Part shown: positions 46,091 to 54,887 of the stretch, piece after piece
Layout of the letters: every line of letters begins with the position of its first letter
Position numbering within the stretch: the stretch's first letter is position 1
NCBI GenBank assembly: GCA_035279865.1
Contig: DATEGY010000124.1
Coordinates: forward strand, 136 to 64,135
Direction of reading: 5' to 3'
From: Gemmatimonadales bacterium
GTDB lineage: Bacteria; Gemmatimonadota; Gemmatimonadetes; Gemmatimonadales; GWC2-71-9
DNA length: 64,000 nt
The notes under the pieces: generated by a model
The model's input: only the letters and a program-made list of their open reading frames with translations
Told to the model about the DNA's origin: nothing
Database searches by the model: none
Program-made: the position numbers and the translations under genes

Positions 46091-46825
46091 ATGGCCAATC
46101 CGGTGCTGAATTCCAAGACGTTCTCTACCGCCGGCGTCGCGACCGGCGCGGAGACCATGACCATCGAAGGGACCGCGAACAAGACGGGTCTTCTGCTCCT
46201 CATCTGTCTCGCGACGTCGAGCTGGATCTGGACACAGACCTACAACGCCATCGACCCATCGGCCGCGCTCCCCTGGATGTGGGGCGGGATGCTGGGCGGC
46301 CTCGTCGTGGCGATCGCGACGACCATGAAGCCGCAGTGGGCACCGATCTCCGCGCCCCTTTACGCGGCCCTCGAAGGCCTGGCCCTCGGCGGGATCTCGG
46401 CTTCCTACGCGACAGCGTACCCGGGCATTCTCGTTCAGGCCGTTTCGCTGACGTTCGGGACACTGTTCGTCATGCTCCTGGTGTATCGCTCCGGCGCGAT
46501 CCGGGTTACACCGCGCTTCCAGAAGGTCATGCTGATCGCCGTGCTGGCGATCTTGCTCTACTACGTCGCGACCATGATCATGGGCCTGTTCGGCGTGGAC
46601 ACGAGCTACTTCAACGCCGGCGGCACCCTCGGCATCGGTATCAGCGTGGTGATCGTCGGTGTGGCCGCGCTGACGCTGCTCCTCGATTTCGACATGATCG
46701 CCAAGGGCGTCGAGCAGGGCGCTCCCAAGGCCATGGAGTGGTACGGCGCCTTTGGCCTGATGGTCGGGTTGGTCTGGCTCTACCTGGAAATCCTTCGGCT
46801 TCTGGGCAAGATCAACCGCCGGTAG
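46091..46825 (+). CDS. Bax inhibitor-1/YccA-like membrane protein
   Basis: MANPVLNSKTF N-terminus, 6-7 TM helices and LLLDFDMI near the C-terminus. Confidence 0.72.
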   Translation: MANPVLNSKTFSTAGVATGAETMTIEGTANKTGLLLLICLATSSWIWTQTYNAIDPSAALPWMWGGMLGGLVVAIATTMKPQWAPISAPLYAALEGLALGGISASYATAYPGILVQAVSLTFGTLFVMLLVYRSGAIRVTPRFQKVMLIAVLAILLYYVATMIMGLFGVDTSYFNAGGTLGIGISVVIVGVAALTLLLDFDMIAKGVEQGAPKAMEWYGAFGLMVGLVWLYLEILRLLGKINRR

Positions 46826-46862
46826 ACTGCAACCCTCGGCACCGCCCCGGGCATCCAAAGCT

Positions 46863-46891
46863 CGGGACCTTCACGGGTCCCGGGCTTTTTC
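46863..46891 (+). terminator. rho-independent terminator
   Basis: CGGGACC-TTCACG-GGTCCCG stem-loop followed by GGCTTTTTC. Confidence 0.6.
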
Positions 46892-46909
46892 ATTCCACCC
46901 GAGGTGCTT

Positions 46910-48448
46910 ATGCCGCGTCCGATTCGATTTCGCCCCGCTGGCGCCGCCGTTGCCGTCCTGGCCGTGGCACTGCTCTCCTGGATGGCCGGCCGCGCCTCGG
47001 GCGCGCCGGCAGCCTCCCCGCGTCCCACCGGCGCCGCGGACTCCGCGACCATCACCCACGTGCTGGACTTGCTCCGCAGCGCCGATACCACCGTCTGCGA
47101 GCTGGCCGCCCGCTCCCTCACGCAGGGGTGGGGCGACTACGGTGCACCCATCGGCACACCCTTGACGCGGTCCGTCCTCCGCATCGGGCGCCGGTCGGAA
47201 ACGCCCGCCGTGGTGAACGCCTATCGGGCCGCCACTCGCGACCCCAACACGTGCGTCCGCGACCTCGCGGTGCAACAGGTCGCCGACAATGACTCGAGCA
47301 GCATCAGCCTCTTCACGTCTCTCTCCTCCGACCGCGACCCGGCCCTCCGCGCCTCGGGCGTTCTGGGCATCGGCATCGTCGGCAGTGACCGCTCCCTCGG
47401 CCTCCTGAAGAAGACGATCGCCGACGGCGATTTCCGCGTTCGCGCCATGAGTGCGTGGGCCCTGGGACAACTGGACGACGGGGACGCCGTGCCGTCGCTC
47501 ACCAACGCTCTGAAAGACGACTCCGCCGGCGTACGACAGCTTGCTGCCCGCTCGCTCGGATCCATCGGTGTGGTGAGTGCGCTGAGCCCCCTGCGGCGCG
47601 CCCTGCAGGACCCGGCGGCTCCGGTGCGCCAGACCGCCGCCTGGGCCCTGGGCGAGCTCGGCGAAAAGAGCGCGGTCCCGGCTTTGAGCGCGGCCCTGAA
47701 GGATGCCGACCCCGACGTCCGCGCGACGACCGTGTGGGCGCTGGGCCAGATCTCGGACTCGGTGGCCACCGCGCCCCTCGCCGGCGTGCTGCAGGATGAT
47801 GATCCGCAGGTGCGGCAGATGGCGGTGTGGGCCCTTGGCCAGGTGGGCGATCGCAGCACCGTCCGTCCCCTCAGTCAGGCCCTGAAGGACCGGGACCAGG
47901 ACGTGCGCAGCATGGCGGCATGGGCCCTTGGCCAGGTCGGCGACGAGGCTGCGGTGCCCGCTCTCACCGGCGCCCTCAAGGACCCGGTGTCAGACGTACG
48001 CAGCACGTCGGCGTGGGCCCTCGGCCAGGTCGGTGAGGCGCAGGCGGTCCCCGCGCTGGTGGGTGCACTCAAGGATCAGGCGCCCGATGTGCAAAGCACG
48101 GCGGCCTGGGCGCTGGGTCAAATCGGAAGCGGGCAGGCAGTGGACGGCCTCAAGGCCGCGCTGGCCGACTCGAATGACGACGTCCGCGAGTCCGCGGCGT
48201 GGGCGCTCGCGCAGATCGACGATGACCGGGCCGACCAGGCGTTGACCACGTACTACAAGGGGAGTGATATGGAGATACAGCGCGGGCCGCACCCCCACCC
48301 TCATCCCCACCCGCACCCGCGTTTCCATCTGATGAGCGGGATGCCGATGCCCATGCCGATGCCCATGCCGATGCCGATGCCCATGCCGAATGCGGGCCGG
48401 ATGCGGATGCACTTCCACGCCCCGCGCGTGCGGGTGCGGGTGAACTAG
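46910..48448 (+). CDS. secreted HEAT (PBS-lyase type) repeat protein with His/Met-rich dipeptide-repeat tail
   Basis: Signal-like N-terminus. There are at least 8 repeats of the form D.VR..AAWALGQ.G...AVP.L..ALKD. The C-terminus reads HPHPHPHPHPHPRFHLMSGMPMPMPMPMPMPMPMPNAGRMRMHFHAPRVRVRVN. Confidence 0.8.
   Translation: MPRPIRFRPAGAAVAVLAVALLSWMAGRASGAPAASPRPTGAADSATITHVLDLLRSADTTVCELAARSLTQGWGDYGAPIGTPLTRSVLRIGRRSETPAVVNAYRAATRDPNTCVRDLAVQQVADNDSSSISLFTSLSSDRDPALRASGVLGIGIVGSDRSLGLLKKTIADGDFRVRAMSAWALGQLDDGDAVPSLTNALKDDSAGVRQLAARSLGSIGVVSALSPLRRALQDPAAPVRQTAAWALGELGEKSAVPALSAALKDADPDVRATTVWALGQISDSVATAPLAGVLQDDDPQVRQMAVWALGQVGDRSTVRPLSQALKDRDQDVRSMAAWALGQVGDEAAVPALTGALKDPVSDVRSTSAWALGQVGEAQAVPALVGALKDQAPDVQSTAAWALGQIGSGQAVDGLKAALADSNDDVRESAAWALAQIDDDRADQALTTYYKGSDMEIQRGPHPHPHPHPHPRFHLMSGMPMPMPMPMPMPMPMPNAGRMRMHFHAPRVRVRVN
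48287..48445 (+). repeat. coding microsatellite-like dipeptide repeats: (HP)6, (MP)8, RM, RV
   Basis: CCGCACCCCCACCCTCATCCCCACCCGCACCCG, then ATGCCGATGCCCATGCCG... (48341-48388), then CGGATGCGGATG and CGCGTGCGGGTGCGGGTG. Confidence 0.8.
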
Positions 48449-48467
48449 GTTCGTTCCGGGCGCTGAA

Positions 48468-50153
48468 CTAGGAGACGCGGCTGGCGCGGGCCACGCCGGT
48501 CATGAACTCGCGAGCCCGCTGCACTTCGGTGAGGTAGTCGGCAATCTCTTCGGTTTCCTGACCCCGGTCCCAGCCGAGGAGCTCGGCCATGCGGCGGGCG
48601 ACCGGGGGCGCGGCGGCGCTCCCGTGGCCGGCGTCTTCGTAGAAGAGATGCGTGCGGCGGATCAGTACGTCCGACAACCGCATCGCCATCTCCCGCTCCA
48701 CGGCGTGAACCACCTCAGCCCATACTTCCGGCCGGCCGTCCAGAATGGGGCGGCCCAGCGCGCGGTCCCGCTCGATCAGGTTGACGACACCCGCCGATTC
48801 GGAGCCATACGTCTTCACGAGGTGGCGCGCGACCGGCTCCGAGATGTCCCGGGCGCGTGCCGATTCCACCATGACTTCGAGGTCCGCGATGTCACCGCCC
48901 GGGAGCACCAGGTGGTCGGTGCCCGCTCGTGGCGGCACCCCGCGCCCATCGGCCTCGTGAAGCTTCTGGGCCACGCGATCCACCACGTCGCGGCCCATCA
49001 CCCGGTGCGTCGTCAGCTTGCCTCCGGCGATCGTCAACATCCCGCTCGCGCTTTCCACCACGCGATGCTCGCGAGACACTTGAGCGGGGGTCGCCGACTT
49101 CTCGGGCGCCAGGAGGGGACGGAGTCCCGCCCAGGTCGAAATGACGTCCTTGGGCGCGAGGCGAGCCTGGGGAAAGAGGGCGTTCGCTGACCGCAGCAGA
49201 TAGATGACGTCCTCTCCGGTGGCCCGGATATCATCCGGCGAGGATCGGTCGTCGGTGTCGGTGGTGCCGATGTAGCTGACTTCCCCCCACGGGAGGATGA
49301 ACATCACGCGCCCGTCGACCGGGGAGAGCAGGGTGATGGCGTTGGTGTGTCCGATCCGGGCGCGGGGTACGACCACGTGCACGCCCTTCGTGGGGCGGAG
49401 CAGCGGAGCGGCGTTCGGGTCGTCCAGGCGGCGGAGCCCATCCACCCACGGGCCCGTGGCGTTCACCACCACGCTCCCCTGAATGGTGGCGGTCTGTCCG
49501 GTGATCTGATCCTGCACCACCGCACCCTGAACCCTTCCGTCGGGCTTGGAGAGCCCGGTGACTTCGACGTAGTTAGCCACATTCGCCCCCGCGAGCGCCG
49601 CGGCGCGCAGCGTGGCGAGCGTCAGCCGGGCATCGTCGGTCTGGGCATCCCAGTACAACCCGGCGCCCGTCAGGCCCTTCTCACGGAGTCCCGGCTCCAT
49701 GCGCCGGGCCACTTTGCGGGACAGCCAGCGGTGCGTGTGGACGTTCCGGAACGAGGCGAGCAGGTCGTAGAGCCAGAGCGCCGCGAAGATTTGCCACCCG
49801 GGAACCCTCGCGCCCTTATAGGCGGGAAAGAGGAACGGCAGCGGCCGGACGAGGTGCGGCGCGATGGTCAGGAGAATCCGGCGCTCGCGGCTGGCCTCGA
49901 ACACCAGCCGGAAGTCCCGGTGTTCCAGGTAGCGCAGACCACCGTGGATGAGGCGCGAGGAATGGGAGCTGGTGCCTCCCGCGAAGTCGCCCTTGCCGAT
50001 CAGCCCCACCGAAAGCCCCCGCAGGGCGGCATCGCGCGCGATCGCCGCCCCGGTGATGCCGCCGCCGATGACGAGCAGATCGACGGGCGCTTCCATCATC
50101 TTCGCGAGAGCGGCCGCGCGCCCGCGGTGCGAGAAGCTGCTGTCGGCTCCCAA
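48468..50153 (-). CDS. glpD: FAD-dependent glycerol-3-phosphate dehydrogenase/oxidase
   Basis: DLLVIGGGITGAAIARDAALRG dinucleotide fold and full-length GlpD-like similarity. Confidence 0.85.
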   Translation of the reverse strand: MGADSSFSHRGRAAALAKMMEAPVDLLVIGGGITGAAIARDAALRGLSVGLIGKGDFAGGTSSHSSRLIHGGLRYLEHRDFRLVFEASRERRILLTIAPHLVRPLPFLFPAYKGARVPGWQIFAALWLYDLLASFRNVHTHRWLSRKVARRMEPGLREKGLTGAGLYWDAQTDDARLTLATLRAAALAGANVANYVEVTGLSKPDGRVQGAVVQDQITGQTATIQGSVVVNATGPWVDGLRRLDDPNAAPLLRPTKGVHVVVPRARIGHTNAITLLSPVDGRVMFILPWGEVSYIGTTDTDDRSSPDDIRATGEDVIYLLRSANALFPQARLAPKDVISTWAGLRPLLAPEKSATPAQVSREHRVVESASGMLTIAGGKLTTHRVMGRDVVDRVAQKLHEADGRGVPPRAGTDHLVLPGGDIADLEVMVESARARDISEPVARHLVKTYGSESAGVVNLIERDRALGRPILDGRPEVWAEVVHAVEREMAMRLSDVLIRRTHLFYEDAGHGSAAAPPVARRMAELLGWDRGQETEEIADYLTEVQRAREFMTGVARASRVS

Positions 50154-50235
50154 CGAAACGCCTCCGCTTGGCTCGCCCGCCGGGGGGGGCTGGTGGTAGG
50201 TTTCCCGGGTTAGTGCGACCCGAGGGGAGAATGTA

Positions 50236-51498
50236 ATGCTTCAAGGAGGCGCGGGGGGCCGGCGGGTGGCGATCGTCGCCGGGTGTCGGACGCCGTTCGC
50301 CAAGTCCGGGACGGTCTTCAGGGACGTGCTTGCGGTGGATCTCGCCCGTCACGCGGGCCGCGAGCTGCTGGAGCGCGCAAACCTCGATCCGAAAGAAGTG
50401 GACGAAGTGGTGTTCGGGCAGGTCGTCGCATCGCCCTTGGTGCCGAACATCGCCCGTGAGGTCAGTCTGCTGCCCCAGCTTCCCAAGGAAGTCCCGGCGT
50501 ACACGGTCAACCGGGCCTGCGCCTCGTCGGGCCAGGCGGTGACCAACGCCGCCGACCAGATCGCCCGCGGTCACGCGGACGTGATCCTCGCCGGCGGCGT
50601 CGAGTCCCTGTCCGACATCCCCATCCTCCATACCCACCGGATGGCGCAGATCCTCGTGGAACTGTCGAAAGCGAGGTCCCTGGGCGCCCGGCTCGCGACG
50701 CTCGCCAAGATCAGGCCCCGGGACCTGGTGCCGGTCTCCCCCGCCATCTCCGAGCCCTCGACGGGTGAAACGATGGGGCAGTCGGCGGAGAAGATGGCCA
50801 AGGAAAACGGCATCACCCGCGAGGCCCAGGATCAGTGGGCCCTCCGCAGTCACCGTCTCGCCGCCGCGGGGACCGCCGACGGCCGTCTGCGGGCCGAGAT
50901 CGTGCCGTGGTTTCCGGTGGATGGGGGAGCGCCGATCACGTCCGACAACGGCATCCGCACCGACACCACGCTCGAGCAGATGGCCAGGCTCAAACCTGTC
51001 TTCGACCGGCGCTACGGGTCGGTCACGGCGGCCAATTCGTCGCCGCTCACCGACGGTGCCTCCGCCGTGCTCCTGATGAGCGAAGACGCAGCCGCCGCCC
51101 TCGGCTACAAGCCGCTCGCGTTCCTCAAGTCCTACGCCGTCGCCGCCGTCGATCCCGGATGGCAGCTCCTCCAGGGCCCGATCTGGGCCGTCCCGAAGGC
51201 GCTCGAACGCGCCGGGATCCCCTGGAGTGCCCTGGGATTGCTCGAGGTGCATGAGGCCTTCGCGGCGCAGGTCCTCTCGAACTTCAAGGGCTGGGGTGAG
51301 AAGAACTGGGACGTGAACCCCGACATCATCAACGTGATGGGCGGATCCATCGCCATCGGCCATCCCTTCGGCGCCACGGGCGGACGGGTGATCACCACCC
51401 TCGCGAACGAAATGAACCGCCGCGACGTCCAGTTCGGCCTGGTCTCGATCTGCGCGCAGGGCGGCATGGCGTTCGCCTGCGTGCTGGAGCGCGTCTGA
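50236..51498 (+). CDS. fadI: acetyl-CoA C-acyltransferase (FadI-type thiolase)
   Basis: VAIVAGCRTPFAK, NRACASSGQAV (active Cys), NVMGGSIAIGHPFGATG and CAQGGMA. It aligns by eye with E. coli FadI along its whole length. Confidence 0.85.
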   Translation: MLQGGAGGRRVAIVAGCRTPFAKSGTVFRDVLAVDLARHAGRELLERANLDPKEVDEVVFGQVVASPLVPNIAREVSLLPQLPKEVPAYTVNRACASSGQAVTNAADQIARGHADVILAGGVESLSDIPILHTHRMAQILVELSKARSLGARLATLAKIRPRDLVPVSPAISEPSTGETMGQSAEKMAKENGITREAQDQWALRSHRLAAAGTADGRLRAEIVPWFPVDGGAPITSDNGIRTDTTLEQMARLKPVFDRRYGSVTAANSSPLTDGASAVLLMSEDAAAALGYKPLAFLKSYAVAAVDPGWQLLQGPIWAVPKALERAGIPWSALGLLEVHEAFAAQVLSNFKGWGEKNWDVNPDIINVMGGSIAIGHPFGATGGRVITTLANEMNRRDVQFGLVSICAQGGMAFACVLERV

Positions 51499-53627
51499 TG
51501 GCGGGCCCCGCGCTGACTTGGGAGATCAAGGACGGCATTGCGGTCGTCACGTTCGACACGCCGGGCTCGTCCGTGAACGTGATCTCGGCGTCCGTGAAAC
51601 GGGAAGTGATCGCGGCGTTCGAGACGCTGAAGGCCGACGAGCGGGTAAAGGCGGTCGCCTTCCTGTCCGGGAAACGGGACAACTTCATCGCCGGCGCCGA
51701 TATCGAGGAGTTCGTCGCGCTCAAGACCGCCGCCGAGGCGGAGCAGCTGTCCGCCGAGGGCCAGGCGATGCTGGGCCGGATCGCCGATTTCCCGAAACCC
51801 GTGGTGGCGGGCATCCACGGCGGCTGCGTGGGGGGCGGTCTCGAGTTCTCCCTCTGCTGCACGTATCGCGTCGCCACCGACCACCCCAAGACCTCGATCG
51901 GCCTCCCCGAGGTCCGCCTCGGCATTCTGCCGGGTGCCGGCGGGTGCCAGCGGCTGCCCCGTCTCATCGGCCTCCGCGCCGCGCTCGACATCATCCTGGC
52001 CGGCAAGACCGTGCCCGCGAAGAAGGCGCTGCAGCTCGGGATGATCGACGAGATGGTCCCGCCGTCGATCCTGCGCCGGATCACGCTGGACGCCGCCAGG
52101 AAGCTCGCCGGCGGATGGCGCCCGCATCGCAAACGGCCCGGCGGATTCATGGGCTTCCTCCTCGACGGGAATCCACTCGGCCGATCGCTCGTGTTCCGGA
52201 TGGCCCGGAAAAACGTGGAGCGGGAGACGCACGGCAACTACCCCGCCCCTCCCGCGGCACTCGACGCCGTCGAGTTCGGGTTGAAGCACGGCATCACCGC
52301 CGGGCTCGCGCACGAAGCGAAAGGTTTCGGAGCGCTTGCCGTCACGGACGTCTCCCGCAAGCTGGTCGGGATTTTCTTCGCCGAGCAGGCCCTGAAGAAG
52401 GACTTCGGGATCGACAACCCTCCGCCCCCGGCCGAAGTCCGCCGTCTCGGCGTGGTGGGATCGGGGTTCATGGGGTCCGGCATCGCGGGCACCGCCGTGA
52501 CGCAGGCCATGGTCGACGTGCGGCTCAAGGACGCCGACCTGGTGCACATCTCGAAGGGCATCGCCGCGGCTCGCGCTGTGGTGGAAGAGCGCTTCAAGAG
52601 ACGCCGGATCACCAAGTACGACCGCACCCGGCTCCTGGCGTTGGTTTCGGGGGATGCCGCCTTCACGGGATTCGGCCGCGCCGACCTCGTGATCGAGGCG
52701 GTGTTCGAAGACCTGAAGGTCAAGCAGGCCGTGCTGAAGGACGTCGAGGCGGTCATCCCGCCCGCCGCCATTTTCGCCACCAACACGTCGACGATCCCCA
52801 TCGGGGACATCGCCTCAGCGTCCAGCCGGCCCGGCCAGGTGATCGGCATGCACTTCTTCTCGCCGGTACCCCGGATGCCCCTGGTGGAGATCATCCCCGC
52901 CCGGCATACGTCGCCCGCCACGGTGAGCACTACCGTGGCCTTCGGGAGAAGGATGGGAAAGACGCCGGTGGTCGTGAAGGACAGCCCGGGCTTCTGGGTG
53001 AACCGGATTCTCGGACCGTACCTGTGCGAGGCCGCCCACGTGCTCCTGGGCGGATCGAGTATCGAAGACATCGACGCCGCGCTGGTGCAGTTCGGGTTCC
53101 CGGTGGGGCCCATCGCGCTGCTCGACGAAGTGGGTCTCGATGTGGCCGGTCACGCCGGGGAGGTGCTTTACCAGGCGTTCGGCGAGCGGCTGAAGCCGGC
53201 GCCCCCCCTCGAGGCGATGGTCAAGGCCGGCCGCCTGGGCCGGAAAGTGGGAAAGGGCTTCTACCGGTACGAGGGTGGGAAGAAGCGGGGCGTGGATGAA
53301 ACGGTCTATCAGCTCATCGGCGTGCATCCCAACGGCGGTCCCCGAGCCGGGGAGATCGTCCAGCGCCTGTCACTGGCCATGGTGAACGAAGCGGCGCAGG
53401 CCCTGTCGGAAGGTGTGGTACGCTCCCCGCGGGATGGAGACATGGCGGCCGTCTACGGAATCGGGTTCCCGCCCTTCCGCGGCGGGCCGCTCAAGTACGC
53501 CGACGACCTCGGGGCGGCGCGTGTGGTGGATGACCTGGGGCGGCTCGCCGAGCGCCTGGGATCGCGGTTCACACCCTGCGACGCGCTGCAGCAGCTCGCG
53601 CGGAGCGGCGGCACTTTCTACTCCTGA
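51498..53627 (+). CDS. fadJ: multifunctional enoyl-CoA hydratase / 3-hydroxyacyl-CoA dehydrogenase (FadJ/FadB-type)
   Basis: N-terminal crotonase fold (GGCVGGGLEF). The central region has VVGSGFMGSGIA (NAD fold). 709 aa. It follows the thiolase, as in fadIJ. Confidence 0.88.
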   Translation: MAGPALTWEIKDGIAVVTFDTPGSSVNVISASVKREVIAAFETLKADERVKAVAFLSGKRDNFIAGADIEEFVALKTAAEAEQLSAEGQAMLGRIADFPKPVVAGIHGGCVGGGLEFSLCCTYRVATDHPKTSIGLPEVRLGILPGAGGCQRLPRLIGLRAALDIILAGKTVPAKKALQLGMIDEMVPPSILRRITLDAARKLAGGWRPHRKRPGGFMGFLLDGNPLGRSLVFRMARKNVERETHGNYPAPPAALDAVEFGLKHGITAGLAHEAKGFGALAVTDVSRKLVGIFFAEQALKKDFGIDNPPPPAEVRRLGVVGSGFMGSGIAGTAVTQAMVDVRLKDADLVHISKGIAAARAVVEERFKRRRITKYDRTRLLALVSGDAAFTGFGRADLVIEAVFEDLKVKQAVLKDVEAVIPPAAIFATNTSTIPIGDIASASSRPGQVIGMHFFSPVPRMPLVEIIPARHTSPATVSTTVAFGRRMGKTPVVVKDSPGFWVNRILGPYLCEAAHVLLGGSSIEDIDAALVQFGFPVGPIALLDEVGLDVAGHAGEVLYQAFGERLKPAPPLEAMVKAGRLGRKVGKGFYRYEGGKKRGVDETVYQLIGVHPNGGPRAGEIVQRLSLAMVNEAAQALSEGVVRSPRDGDMAAVYGIGFPPFRGGPLKYADDLGAARVVDDLGRLAERLGSRFTPCDALQQLARSGGTFYS

Positions 53628-53649
53628 TCAGCTAAAGGATTCCCCGACG

Positions 53650-54585
53650 ATGCTGCGCGCCGGCCTTCTCTGGCTCAGCGAGCAACCGCAGATCTTCCGG
53701 TTCGTCCGGTCCAGCCGGCTGGCGCAGAAGTTCGCGTCCCGGTTCGTCGCCGGCGAAACCGTCGCCTCCGCCATCGGCGTACTCAAGGACTTGAACACCG
53801 CAAATCTCACCGTGAGCCTCGACCTGCTCGGCGAATCCGTGCACTCGCCGGAGGAGGCGAAGGCGGCCCAGCAGGCCTACCTCGAGCTGCTCGATCGCAT
53901 TCAGAGCGAGGGGGGCAACGGCAACGTTTCGGTGAAACTCACCCAGATGGGTCTCGACATCGACGAGGCACTCTGCGTGGCGAACCTCCGGTCCATCATT
54001 GGGCGGGCCAAGCAATACCACTCGTTCGTCCGTCTCGACATGGAAGGCTCGGACTACACCGAGCGCACGCTCTCGCTGTTCACGCGCACCCTGTACCCCG
54101 AGTTCGGGCAGACCACCGGCGTGGTCCTCCAGTCCTATCTCCGGCGCACGGCCCAGGACGTGGACGCCATGATCGGCCTGGCCGCCCGCGTGCGGCTCTG
54201 CAAGGGCGCGTACCAGGAGCCCGCCACCGTGGCCTTTCCCAACAAGGCCGACGTCGACGCGAACTACGTGGCCTGCATGGAACAGCTCATGGAGCGGGGA
54301 AACTATCCGGGCCTCGCCACCCATGACGAGAAGATCATCGAGCACGCCAAGGAGTTCGCGAAGCAAAAGGGCATCGGTGCCGAGCGGTTCGAATTCCAGA
54401 TGCTGTATGGCGTGCGCCGCGACCTGCAGGTCAAGCTCCGCAAAGAGGGCTGGAATCTCCGCGTCTACGTCCCCTACGGCACCCACTGGTATCCCTACCT
54501 GATGCGGCGGCTGGCGGAACGTCCGGCGAACCTGTGGTTCATCCTCGGCAACGTGATCCGGGAGTCGCTACGCCGGAAGAATTGA
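53650..54585 (+). CDS. proline dehydrogenase (monofunctional PutA-type)
   Basis: FVAGET...LDLLGE and CKGAYQEP...ATHDEK...YGV motifs. ATG 53650 lies 23 nt after the fadJ stop. Confidence 0.85.
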   Translation: MLRAGLLWLSEQPQIFRFVRSSRLAQKFASRFVAGETVASAIGVLKDLNTANLTVSLDLLGESVHSPEEAKAAQQAYLELLDRIQSEGGNGNVSVKLTQMGLDIDEALCVANLRSIIGRAKQYHSFVRLDMEGSDYTERTLSLFTRTLYPEFGQTTGVVLQSYLRRTAQDVDAMIGLAARVRLCKGAYQEPATVAFPNKADVDANYVACMEQLMERGNYPGLATHDEKIIEHAKEFAKQKGIGAERFEFQMLYGVRRDLQVKLRKEGWNLRVYVPYGTHWYPYLMRRLAERPANLWFILGNVIRESLRRKN

Positions 54586-54887
54586 CGTCTCCCGATGGGA
54601 CCCTGGGCGGCTATCAGCGGGTGCACCAGCGGGCACCGGCGTTCGGGGGAAGCGATGGGCAGGCCTACACGGTGTCGACGTTCGTGGACGACGATCCCGA
54701 TCCGGCCGGGCGGTACGGCGCCGCGCTCCTCTTCATCCGCTGGTCCGAGGCCGGAGACCGGCCGGTGGGTCACGTCGAAACCGACTACCTGGCGTTCGGA
54801 GCCACTCCCGACGCCGCGCTGCTCCCCCTCCTCGCGCTGACCCTGGAAGACGTCAAAGCCCACCTCGACCGTCTCCTGGCGCTGTGA
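54582..54887 (+). CDS. hypothetical protein (101 aa)
   Basis: TTG 54582 overlaps the upstream stop (TTGA). Its own stop overlaps the rsgA GTG (GTGA). I recognised no family. Confidence 0.4.
   Translation: MTSPDGTLGGYQRVHQRAPAFGGSDGQAYTVSTFVDDDPDPAGRYGAALLFIRWSEAGDRPVGHVETDYLAFGATPDAALLPLLALTLEDVKAHLDRLLAL

Noticed and set aside
49816-51363. 515-codon ORF antisense to the glpD 5' end and fadI. Similar cases are 51132-52547, 52238-53113 and 60529-61776.
   Set aside because: These are antisense to confidently identified genes and have low-complexity Arg/Gly/Asp composition.
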